Positions 13,915 through 25,385 of a DNA stretch of 64,000 bases are shown one piece after another. A program made the translations under genes and the position numbers. The DNA is taken from positions 115,694,001 through 115,758,000 of the forward strand of contig NC_045697.1 in NCBI RefSeq assembly GCF_009834535.1, given 5' to 3'. Source of the DNA: Camelus ferus (taxonomy: Eukaryota). Below the pieces are notes generated by a model. It saw only the letters and a list, made by a program, of their open reading frames with translations, was not told the DNA's origin and did no database searches. Position 1 is the stretch's first letter; every line of letters begins with the position of its first letter.

Positions 13915-13980
13915 CTGGAAATTAACACATTGTAATTGACCATACTTCAATAAAAAAAAAATTTAGGTTTAAGAAAAAGA
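13915..13980 (+). mobile_element. Very short L1 3' end
   Basis: gaaattaacacattgtaattgaccatacttcaataaaaaaaa; flanked by aaagtcagttt / aaagtcattt. Confidence 0.6.
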
Positions 13981-14998
13981 AAAGTCATTTAGACCTCAAC
14001 TCCAACTGAACAAATATCAAATGAACAAACAAAACCTGTCAAACCCCAGCCATTGGCCTCCTGATTCTACTTTTCTCATATAATTTAATAAAAACATAAC
14101 TAACATTTCTTTCTCTTTTTTTAGAGCTATAACAGAACTTTATTCCCTGGAACCTGGGCCAGACAGACCCCTCAGGAAGCTGCACGCCCCTACACCCTGG
14201 CCCCTTCTGTTTTTGGACCCTAGTGGAATGTGCAGTCTGCCTTCCCCAGTGCCAAGGAGAGACCAAGAGAAGTGGAACACCGCTTTTCTCTGTGATGTGT
14301 GGAGTGAAAGGGGTATGAGCAGAAATCTGCTGTCCCTCCTGAGGCTCCCAGTGGTGCTGGGGTGCCAGAGGGTACATGGTCCCAAAGCCAGGTGCAAACA
14401 CACACACACATCCCTGGGGTTAACTCTTGATCCCAGCTGTTGGATCAGGTCGGGAGGGGGCCTCATAAGATCATGACAGCTACAAGTGGTAGCTTTAAGG
14501 GCACCTGAGATACTACCCCCCAAAGCCTGCCAGGGCCCAGCGGCTCCAGCTGGAAGCAGACGTTCAAGATCATCCCAAGGCCTTAGGGTTGCCAAAACAC
14601 ACAAACGACACTGATATGTATGGCTGCAGAAGCTGGGGAGGGAGTGAGCAAGGGAGCAGGGAGAGAACCTACAAATCCCCAATAGAAACACCAAAAGCAG
14701 AGAAGAGGAGCCCCAGACACTTGCATCTGGCTGGGCCCTGGCAAGCTGAAGGGGAGTCCAGAGTCTCACACTGAGTGGTGAGACACACTCACCACACTCA
14801 GCATCACGGGGACCCGCCAGGTAAGGAAAAGCTGTTACCCTGCCCCCATCCAAGTCACAGTCTGGGATGTATGGCTTCAGGTTCGGCAGAGGGCCAGAGG
14901 AGATTCGGTCTGGGACCCAGAGATCGGGTGTTACAGCTGTCCTCGTGCAGGTGGCTGTAGTGGAGCGTGGCGGGGCGGGTGGACAGGGAAGGGAGTCT

Positions 14999-16303
14999 TC
15001 AGAGGTAGACGCTGAGGGTCTGCAGAATGCCCCGGTGGCAGAGTGGGCAGTTGCGGTGGTAGATGGGGGTGGCGCTTCAGGATTTCGGAGCAGGCCTGAC
15101 ACAGGCACAGGTGCTGACAAGGCAGAAGCAGCACCGTCTCGCTCTGGTCCTGGCAGATGACGCACTTCTTCCGCTTCTCTTGCTCCTTCAGCAACTTCCA
15201 TGGGTCTTGCCCAGCTACAGGCTCCTCCACACTGAGCCTCTCCCAGCCCCGGGCAGCTGTCACCCAGGCCATCCTGACTGCCTTCTCTTCTACCTCTGAT
15301 CTGAGACCTACTTCAAGAAAAGTGTCCTGTCGCCAGGTCCTGGCTGAGGGCACCCTCTTAGGACCACCCTGGGGGGCCCCAGGTGCCCATCCCCGGTTTG
15401 GCCAGCTCACCAGCTGCAGGCTTTGGCTCCAGATGTGGCATCAGGCCTCCAGGCCTAGTGCTAGATGAGATAGCCATACAACATCCTCTCCGAGTCGGTG
15501 GTAGGATGGCTGGGCGTGGAGCTGACTGAGGACCTGGGATGGCTAGCCTCAGGGTGAGGTCCAGGGTGCAACATAATCACCGTCACTGCCAGTACACAAG
15601 CCAGCAGCGCTAGGCCAGGTGAGATTGACAAGCACACAGCTGGCCAGGAGGCGGGCAGCTGAGGCCAGAAGCTCCAGTACTAGTTGGCAGGGGGGCCAGA
15701 GGAGGATGGACATGGCCACAGCACTGCTGGAAATATGGGCTGGGAAGGCAGCCACCACATCTGTCATCCTCCACAGCGACCCCGTCACTGCATCTCACAG
15801 GGCCAGCACCAGGGAGAAGAGGTTCTGAGTGCCAATGAGGCAGATGTTGACCAGGCTATTGATCACACAGGCCACCAGGCTCATGGTAATGGCACAGATG
15901 CCACAGGCCTGCCGCAGCAAAGCATGACCATTGGAGACCACTGTTGAGGATGCCCCGGTGCAGGGTCTCCGGCTCCTAAGCGCCCCGTGAGAGGCCAGGT
16001 GCCCCAGGAGCTTTAAGCTCTCCAGACCAGAATAGCAGCTGTACAGTATGGTACACAAGGCCTGCAGCCCCCAGAGGTGAACCGGGCCACGGCTTCAATC
16101 AAGGCCAGCAGTGAAACCCAGGCTCCGCGGCGCAAGTGCGGGAGGCCAGTCAGCACCGTGTGTGGCAGGTTGCAGATGAAGGCCAGGAGCCAGGCCAGGG
16201 AGGCCAGGAGGGAGGACACCAGCAGGAAGCTGAGGTCCAACACCACGGTCAGCACATCCAGCAACAGGCCCACCCCGTCCACTGCCAAACACACAGCCTC
16301 CAC
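14999..16303 (-). pseudogene. RNF26: Disabled RNF26 coding region (N-terminal transmembrane region plus C-terminal C3HC4-type RING)
   Basis: Start ATG>GTG (16301-16303); TGG>TGA stops at 15795-15797 and 15441-15443; about seven 1-bp indels (near 16067, 15970, 15944, 15617, 15562, 15536, 15065) inferred against the remembered human protein; native stop at 14999-15001. Confidence 0.93.
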
Positions 16304-16599
16304 GATGGTGCTACGGAGGTTAACCCAAAAGGAAGTCTGGCTCCCGGTTGAGGGGGGTGTCAGAGCTGTCAATATTTGGGGAGTTCAGGAATTAATTTGG
16401 AAGAGAAGTGAGCAGGCTCCAATCCAGGGAGGATCTGAGGAAGTGGGTTGGAAGGAAGTGGAGTCTCGGGTGAGGGAAAGGGAGCCAGGTACCGGCCCAG
16501 GAGCCCCGGTTTTGAAGGCGGGCTGTTTGGGAGGAAAGAGGCCGAACATTTCCAAAGTGGTGGTGATCCCGGGCTGGATGAGAAGCCTCAGCTTTGAAG

Positions 16600-16846
16600 G
16601 CCTGGTGCTGACGTACCACGGCCGGGCAACGGGTCAGACCCAGGAGACCGGGACCGGAAGGGATCGGGCCGGGCCGGGGCCGGGTGGGGGCGGCGCAGGC
16701 CCGGCGCAGGCTCGCGGTCCAACTACGCAGGTGCCTCTGTCCCCGCCTGGCCCCCCGGCCTCTGGGGTCGCGGCGATTTTAGCCCAAAGGGGCAGTGGGG
16801 AAAGGAACGAGCCTCTACTTCGCTGGGCGCCGCCATCTGGTGCGCT
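16600..16846. promoter_or_regulatory. CpG-island-like 5' end of the retrocopy with GC boxes and a CTCF/YY1-like motif
   Basis: About 27 CpG counted by eye in ~250 bp; GGGGCGG near 16687-16693; minus-strand GCACCAGATGGCGGCGC at 16827-16843. Confidence 0.5.
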
Positions 16847-19717
16847 TAACTAACATTTCTTAACCATAACAGGGTATATATTTAGTATGTTTCCTAACGT
16901 TAAACCAGTACATTACGAAAGGCAGAACCATTGGTTTCTCCCTTTCACCCGTGGAGAAACCCTATTTACTAATTTGCTACAAAGTGAGAAGTGGTTTCCA
17001 GTATATGAACCTTTTAGGCATCACTTTATGCATCTGCCACAGTATTAACCATGGAGTTAAAAGACTATCATGCTATTTCTTGTTTTTTTAATTAAAAATG
17101 AGCATAGACAGAGTGATTATTGGCTTGTGTTTTGCAGAAAGTTGAATAACCTATCATTAAGATTTCAAATCAATCTAACTTACGTTTAATATACACCGGG
17201 GGGGGGGCACATATTTTGTATTTATTTCTTAGATGAAATTTAAGTGAGCTTGAAAGAGGTCTGCAGAGTTGTCTTTTTTTAATTCATGGAAGTTAATAAC
17301 GTTCAGAAAAAGTAGTAAAAAGGATACACATTATTCTAATTTAAAATCCCACCCCATTCCAAAACCCATTAGTCTAGCATAGATGTAATCTTGCAAGCAA
17401 ATGTTTTTGAATAAGAACTTGAAGAAAGTTCTGCATGAATATTCTTCACTCTTCTAAGGAGATTTGCCACAATCACACTCCTAATAGCTTTCAACAACAT
17501 AAAAATAGGCCCCCTCATGGGTCTGTTGTAAAGACATGCTACTTTCTTGAGATTTGGGGAACTGAATAGAATCACATTCGTAGGACTTCTGAAATATACA
17601 ATGTTGCCTGGAATAGGTTATAAAAATCTGTTTCCTGTGTTATAAAAAGTCTATACATTTGAAATATTCAGAGTTGTATGGGTATTATAAAAGCTCTAGG
17701 AACTGAAAATCTAGTTTTTGATCCAGTAACTTTCATATGATTTGATGGATGACAATGAGTACAGTCAAAGATGAGCATTTTGGCCCCAAAAGGAAGACTG
17801 GATTATGTTACTGAACTTGAATAGACACGTGCTATATCCAGAAACCTACTGTACAAAGTTGACATGTTTTCCAGTGCAATCCAGGAGACTCAATCTGAGC
17901 TCTGTAAAATGCATATGCCCAGGAACAAATGTATCCCACTCGAAGCACAACACATTATTCACAAACACACTCGGAGCATTTCTTACAGATTTATGGAGTA
18001 ATTTCTATGGAAACATATATACATCTCAACATTTCCATCCCATTCCAACTACCTTAAACTCATACTGCTGTAACCAATGTACTCCAAAAAGTCAACTAAA
18101 AAAAGGAAAATCTATATGACTTACATTTTTTAAAAAAGTTTGGAAAAAGATGACCTCAAACTCACTTAGGCAGACAAAGATTTTTAGTGGGGCATATTAA
18201 GCAAAATCAGTCTTTCTTATAAAATGAAAATGTTTTGCAGATATTAAACTTAGGAACCATAATTTCCACTACCACCCAAAGAAGAACAATGTACTTTTGT
18301 CTAAGGAATTTTATTAGAAACTTAAGTAGATGAAAACAATTAAAGAAAGGATTAAGTTCTTCTGACTCAAGGTAATGCAACTGCATTTAACAGCTAGTGA
18401 ATTGAGTTTAATTTTGTTTTTGCAGCAGGAATGATGGCTTCTCAGGGAATTTCAACCTTTAACAAAAATAGCAAAATCAACAGAAAGAATATATTTATAT
18501 CTCCTTATCTGAGATTTCTGTACACAGCACTTGGCTCCCTAGCTGAAACAGTTTTTTTAAAAAAATAATTTTAGAATCATTGTATACAGGTGTTAAATAT
18601 CATTCCTTTTCAAAGCTTTATTTTCTTATATTTAGAGAACATATCAAGAAGTAAAGATGAAATGAGTTAAAGATGTGTTAAGAGTGTGACCCACGCTGCT
18701 GAGAGTTGTAAATATTGCTTCTTATAATTCAGATTAAATGTAAAGAAACACTTCCTAATATTGATTTCTTTGATATAAAAAGTATTCATAAAAGGAAGTA
18801 GTAGATTTCTCATTCAGAAGGCCTTCTAAATACAGTATTTTTCTTTGTGACTATGTACAAATGGCCTTGTCAGTGGACCAGGAAATTACTGGATCAGACT
18901 CTAAAGTAATGAGAAAATTCAATAGGCTAATTGTCACAAGATATGTGATTATTTTAAAGTCCCAGCTGATTTCCAGTGATATTTCCTGGTTCTGTTGGAG
19001 CTACGCTCCCACTGTAAAAAAGAAAATGGTGGTTCAATTATTACAGACGGGTCTGTTTCAAACTCTACCTACTATCAAATGTTGCAACCACAGAGAGGAA
19101 CAGTTGCCTGTTTCCGGTTTTCTTTGTTTTCTTCTCACAATTATATCAACAGCACGCAATCAAACCTGAATGTTGTCATCCCCTCCCCCACCAAAAATAC
19201 ACACACAATAAAATGGATAAGCGTTTACCTAGCTGTCCTACGGAAGGATAATCATGCTCACAGTTAACCACGTGAATGATGCTGTAGAACTTAAAAGTGA
19301 AGTGAGTGGGACGGCCAGAATGATCCTGATTTTGAAACATAAATACCTAAATCCACACGTCATGCAAGTAGCCTCCATACTGAGCTTTACCATCGCTGGA
19401 TCTGTTCAGAGTCCATCGTTTTGTGTAGGAAAAGAACACGCTGATGAGATTCAGATCTTTACAACACCTTTCTGGTCCACAAGACTTGAACAAACAGGGA
19501 ATTCAGAGTCAAATGTGAATTCTGAAATAGAGGTTAACACAAGATCCTTACCATCTTAGGAACAAGGAGATAGTCCAAATCCAGGGATAGGAAGTGGATA
19601 ACCTCCCCCAACAGGCTGTAAGACGTGAGGGCCAACAGGATGTTTAGTCAACTCCAACACCAGTGCCAGCAATTTCGGATGTAGCCTAGAAATAAGTCTC
19701 AAAAGCAGGGCATTTTA

Positions 19718-20480
19718 TCCTGGAGAGGCTGTGGAGAAAAGGGAACCCTCCTACACTGCTGGTGGGAATGCAGTTTGGTGCAGCCACTGTGGAAAACAGT
19801 ATGGAGATTCCTCAAAAGACTAGGAATAGACTTACCATATAACCCAGGAATCCTGCTCCTGGGCATATATCCAGAAGGAACCCTACTTCAAAAGGACACC
19901 TGCACCCCAATGTTCATAGCAGCACTATTTACAATAGCCAAGACATGGAAACAGCCTAAATGTCCATCAACAGATGACTGGATAAAGAAGCTGTGGTATA
20001 TCTATACAATGGAATACTATTCAGCCATAAAAACTGACAACATACCACCATTTGCAGCAACATGGATGCTCCTGGAGAATGTCATTCTAAGTGAAGTAAG
20101 CTGGAAAGAGAAAGAAAAATATTATATGAGATCGCTCATATAAGTAATCTAAAAAAAACCAAAACAAAACATAAATACAAAACAGAAACAGACTCATAGA
20201 CATAGAATACAAACTTGTCATTGCCAAGGGGGCAGGGGGTGGGAAGGGACAGACTGGGGTTTCAAAATTTGTAGATATTGACAGGCATATGCAGAATAGG
20301 TAAACAAGATTATACTGTATAGCACAGGGAAATATATACAAGATCTTATGGTAGCTCACAGTGAAAAAAATGTGACAATGAATGTATATATGTTCATGTA
20401 TAATTGAAAAATTGTGCTGTACACTGGAATTTGACACAACATTATAAAACAATTATGACTCAATAAAAATGTTAAAAAAA
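19718..20480 (+). mobile_element. Relatively young 5'-truncated L1 (ORF2 C-terminus, 3'UTR, poly-A)
   Basis: Open frame [32 protein letters not shown]...TCTPMFIAALFTIAKTWKQPKCPSTDDWIKKLWYIYTMEYYSAIK (ORF2 Cys-rich region); TSD aaaagcagggcatttta (19701-19717) / aaaagcaaggcatttta (20481-20497). Confidence 0.95.
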
Positions 20481-21649
20481 AAAAGCAAGGCATTTTACTT
20501 GAAGGGATGGGTAACAGGGTTTTCCATTTGAATCAAAGTTGATTCTGCAACATTGCATCAAAGATGAATGGAAAGAAATGGATACCTCGTGGCTGAACCT
20601 TCTGGAAAAGAGATTTTCAGATTTTGGGTGGAAACTCAAACTCTAGGGTTAAGGGAGCCTTAGGATCTGTGCCGCAAGCACCACCACACTGAGAATCCTA
20701 CCTCAACACTGTAATTTAAGTAGCATTGGAAAGGCCATTGCCCAAATTATCTCCCAGAAGAATGATTCTAATGTTTCAAGTTCCAGCGATGCAGATCCAT
20801 TCTCAGCTATTCACCAGTTGTGTGACCTTGGACAAGCGGTCTAACCTCTTTAACCCAAGTGATGTTAAGATGAAATGAAATACTCCATTTGAAGCACTCA
20901 AGAGCTCCTGGCACGTTTTAAGGATTTTAATAAGGGTATTAATAATGAGAGATGTAATTAAAAGATTCTTTTAGCAGAAGGACTCTCTGAAGCAATCAAT
21001 TTTGATAGAGATGGCAGAGCAGGGGTGATGTTGGGGGGTGATAATCAGAGTGGGGAAAGCAGGAACAGACTGAGTGTAAGATGAAATAAAAGGACTAAGA
21101 AGAGGACAAAACGAGAGAGAGAAAGAGAGAGGGAATAAAACATGCTAGAAAAGAAGAGCTGGGCACAGAAAAAGAGACAGAACACATACACTATGAGATT
21201 TGATCCCATAAAAATTACAGGCTTTTTTCCTGAAAAATGTCATCAGTCCAAAATGATTCAAAACAAAAAATAAACAATCAAAAAAGTGCTATTATCTTCC
21301 TGACTTTACTAAGCAGCTTTTTCAAATTACTAAGAAAAAGATGTGCACCTGAGTAGGAAAAAATATTTAACTTTATAAATTCAAAATTCAGAAAGAAAGA
21401 AAAAAATGGCCCATATACATATTGAAAATGTTCAACTTCACTAGGAATCAAAGAGTTGCTATTTAAAGCAACAGAAAGAAGTCCTGCATTTTTTTTAACT
21501 CTTCCTGAAGACTAGAAAACTTTTTAAAAATATGCCAATTATTGTTGAGGTAAAACGAGCATTCTTCTACATTTTTGTTTGGCTATACATTGGGTAAAAT
21601 ATTTCCTAGGATAATTGATGAGGAATTTAAATATGCTTAGAACTGTGAT

Positions 21650-21980
21650 CTTGAGATGACGACTAGGTAGCTGAATTGCCTTCCCAGCTCCCCTAGTGAT
21701 GTGGTGTGGTCCAGCTGTGGCCGAGCTCTGCCTCCAGGCTTGACCCATCTACATCTTCTCCTTCTCTTCACCAGTCTGTTGTTGGGCCTCAGCTCCCTGG
21801 TGACCACCAAAGCCACATGGTGACAAGGGCAGTACCTGCCGCCATTTTTCTGGGACTGAGTAATGGCCTTCCCTCTTCCCCCCCACCCCCAAAACCACAC
21901 CTCAACCTGACTGGCCTTTATGTGAACCAAGAGCATCCCCAGTTAAGCACAAATATTTTGGGGTATGTTTCAGCAGCTAG
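21650..21980 (+). mobile_element. ERVL-MaLR (MLT1-like) LTR relic inside an old L1 fragment
   Basis: ttcccagctcccctagt..ggtgtggtcca...tgaccaccaaagccacatggtgacaagggcag...ttaagcac..tattttggggtatgttt..cagcagc. Confidence 0.5.
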
Positions 21981-22077
21981 TGAGACTAAAATAGAACTCA
22001 ACTCAACTTCTAGATATTCATCCTTACTGTGTTTAAGGATATGTATCAACACATTAGCTACAATACTAGGGGAAAAT

Positions 22078-22510
22078 GGCATTTGCAGCAACATGGATGG
22101 ACCTGGAGACTGTCATTCTAAGTGAAGTGAGACAGAAGGAGAAAGAAAAATACCATGTGATATCACTTATATGTGGAATCTAAAAAAAAAAAAGACACAA
22201 ATGAACTTATTTACAAAACTGAGACAGACTCACAGACATAGAAAACAAACTTATGGTTACCAGGGTAGAAAGGGGGTGGAAAAGGATACATTGGGAATTT
22301 AGGATTTGCAGATACTAACTACCATATATAAAATAGATAAATAACAAGTTTCTACTGCATAGTACAGGGAACTATATTCAATATCTTATAGTAACCTATA
22401 ATGAAAAAGAATATGAAAAGGAATAGATGTATGTTCCTATATGACTGAAGCATTATGCTGCGCACCAGAAATTGCTACAACATTGCAAACTGACTGTACT
22501 TCAATAAAAA
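22078..22510 (+). mobile_element. 5'-truncated L1 (end of ORF2 plus 3'UTR)
   Basis: catttgcagcaacatggatggacctggag...tgtggaatctaaaaaa...caataaaaa; TSD aatactaggggaaaat (22062-22077) / aatactagggaaaaat (22511-22526). Confidence 0.92.
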
Positions 22511-23414
22511 AATACTAGGGAAAAATAAGAATCTTCTAATTAACAAAATAAATTATAAAATCAACGACAGAACATTCACTTAATGTAATATCTTGCAACA
22601 AACAAAATTATGTTCAGTTACATAGGGAAATGTATACAGAACATCAGTTTTAAAAAAAAGCAGCACAGAAAACTATGTACGACATAATCATAATTTACAC
22701 ACGTAGTCTAACCACAGTTATTAGGGGGTATTGGAATTAGGGGTAATTTTATTTTATTTGTTTGTTTTTATTATCCAAATATTTTAGAATAAGCTTTATT
22801 AGCTTTATTCAGAAAAGCATTCTCATGAATATCATTTTTTAAAAAAGGGAAAGAGTAGGAAAGAAGGAAAGAGAAAAAGGAGAAAAAGAAAGAAGAGAAA
22901 AAAAAGCCCAAAGTTTGCATTTGTAGTTATGTGGCATGATTTTGTCAGGCCTGCCCTTGGCACACGAGTCTAGTGTTCCCAGCTGGCATGTCCTGAGTGT
23001 GCACAGAAGTGCTGAGACATTGAGCCTCCCAGCCCTGGATGGCTGGGTCCCTGGACGGCCGGGCAAGGCCCAGGGGGTCACCTCGAGGCCATTGACCTTC
23101 ATGCTTCTCATTGACCTTCATGTTCACCATAAATACTGCCATTTTCTACCTGTAACATGACAGTAAACGACGTTAGGGATCATTGACAAGACACCCTGGT
23201 TGGAGAAAAGGAACAGATTTCACGCACACCCATTTTCTTCTATCCAAAGAGGGTAACATGCTTAATAACAAGTGTTTACATTAGAAAAAATATATATTTA
23301 AAAATGTACTGTATCTGTGAACTCACACAGTCTGCATGCATTACTATTAATTTAAAAACCCTCTAGTCATAATATAAATAGTAAGTCTAGCATTAGTATT
23401 TTATTCACTTATTA

Positions 23415-23540
23415 ACTTTTAGGGGGAAGGTAATACATTTATTTATCTATTTTATTTATTTTTAATGGAGGCACTGGGGATTGAACCCAGGACCTTGTGC
23501 ATGCTAAGCAGGCACTCTACCCCTGAGCTATACCCCCACC
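23415..23540 (-). mobile_element. tRNA-derived SINE (camelid Vic-1-like)
   Basis: Reverse complement of gggggtatagctcaggggtagagtgcctgcttagcatgcacaaggtcctgggttcaatccccag, with Pol III A/B boxes and an AT-rich tail. Confidence 0.88.
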
Positions 23541-25385
23541 TTGATATTACTATTTTTAATAATAGTTAAAATCTTGGTCCTATTTTTCTGACAAACTTAC
23601 TTCCAAAACCTGGGGGAATTTTATTTAATGTGTAGATACTATGTATTTCTATTCATTTAAATAAAGTGTAGCTGATGTGTTTCATATACACACTCAAGCA
23701 ATTAATAAAACACTTTAACTCTATTTGTAAAAATGTGACAATGTGTTCATCAGAAAAGGGCTGGAAAGTGAACCAGATTTTTCTTATTTGACTGTGTTTT
23801 GATGAGCACGAATGAGGCATCTGAAGATAAAATACTTTCGAAAGTACTAGGATACATACTGAAACGTGGCAGGATATTAGCATATGAATGATACAGCACA
23901 GGAGAAAAAAAAAGTTCATTTAAACGAGTTTCTTATCCTGGTCTCCCACTCTGTGATATTAAGTGAGTTCCAAAGAGTATATTGGTCCCATTGAAATTTA
24001 CTTCATAAAAATAAAACTGTATACTAAATGCTTTGCCAGAAATGAAAGAAACCCCACCAACATCCTCATGTGCACCTGCCAGTAATGATTAAACAAGCAA
24101 AAAAAGAAGAGAAAAAAAAAAAGCACTGAAATGTAGGTCTTAAAAAGAATTGGGAGATGCACTTTCTCCTCGAGTGCTCTGCAAAAAGAAAAAGAATTAA
24201 TCTTAGGTTTTCATCGTAGTTTTCAGACATTGTGCTCAGTATGTTACATTTGTAAAGGAAAAAAGATACATCTAAATTCTCCTCTGAATTTTTCTTGTGG
24301 TAAATTAGAAACTGAAATGTATTCCAAAGAACTAGTTTTCTACTTTCAAAATATGCATTTTTTTTATACCTCCAAAGCAGAAATGACCTAGAATTTGTGG
24401 AGATACTCAGTTCTCTTTGAAGGAGAGACTTGTGCAAAGAGGCAGCATTCCTGGGCCCAGAGAAGAAAAGACCTTTTCTGTCCATCCCCAGCCAAACACA
24501 TCTGACCCAAGTGACCTGCTCTCTACAGACCAACATAGCCTGGGGGGATCCTACGTGAAGAAGCTGGGTGTCCCCCTTTGGCGTGTCCAGCACCCTGCAC
24601 TCCCCCCTCATGGCACCTGGCATCCCACGATGCATTGACAGTTGCCTGGTCACTCATCTGCATATTCCAGAGAACTGAAACCGCCCTCCGGGTGGGAGGG
24701 ACCAACATCCCTCATGTCCATGTTGTGTCCTCAGTTACTGACACTGGGTTGGTACATATTAGACGCTCAGTAAATATGCGTGAATGTTCATACAACCTAC
24801 ATACAGTTTCAGAACAGTTACCTGCCAAATACTATCCCAAGGGCTGGGATAAAATGATGAACAAGACAGAGCATGTTATAGCAAAATACAGCCCTGTAAG
24901 TAGTAAAGGAATCAGCAGAGAGAAGCATCGTTTTCAAGGACAGGAGCAGAAATAGCAAGTTACATCCTGCAGTGGCCTCTCCAGACAAGACAAAGAAACT
25001 GGGACTGGGACACAGGTGAGGGGTCCCAGGAAATCTGGAGACAGGCAGGGCTGAGAGACTTTGATTAGAAAATGAAGGTACTGCAATTATTTGGTCAGGT
25101 TTACAAGCATATGAAATGTAAGTATACACAGTAATACAGAATAATTAGTAACCACAGAATGGAGGCCCGAGGAGGTTAATGTTGTATAAAACATGGTCAT
25201 AAACTGAAGCTGACTATGCTTATAGAAGTCTTAATCATGAAATCACTGGAAAGAAATATCTCTGATACATAAGATAGGTCCATTTTTGTTGTTTATCTAC
25301 ACATTCAGTTGAAGTGATATCTGAAGCAATTTTCTCAGTATTTTAATGGTTTTCATGCTGGAAAAAGTTACATAAAAAGTTTTTT

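Larger units (their letters stand above)
14112..16846 (-). pseudogene. RNF26: Processed (retrotransposed) full-length pseudogene of RING finger protein 26
   Basis: Minus-strand frames give (V)EAVCLAVDGVGLLLDVLTVVLDLSFLLVSSLLASLAWLLAF..., GLESLKLLGHLASHGALRS, NSLVNICLIGTQNLFSLVLAL, and GQDPWKLLKEQEKRKKCVICQDQSETVLLLPCQHLCLCQAC...NCPLCHRGILQTLSVYL*, i.e. RNF26 end to end. AATAAA at 14139-14144, poly(A) remnant 14112-14122, exact 15-bp TSD taactaacatttctt at 14097-14111 and 16847-16861. Confidence 0.95.

Noticed and set aside
14999..16303. Functional RNF26 gene
   Set aside because: Lost ATG, two in-frame TGA stops, multiple frameshifts, CpG decay, TSD and poly(A) flanks
16077..16853. 258-codon plus-strand ORF antisense to the RNF26 5' region
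   Set aside because: Starts at GTG, lies in very GC-rich antisense sequence where stops are rare, Gly/Pro/Arg-rich with no recognisable domain, and runs toward rather than away from the CpG block
19254..19559. 101-aa ATG ORF in unique sequence
   Set aside because: No recognisable homology, promoter or splice context; length within chance range
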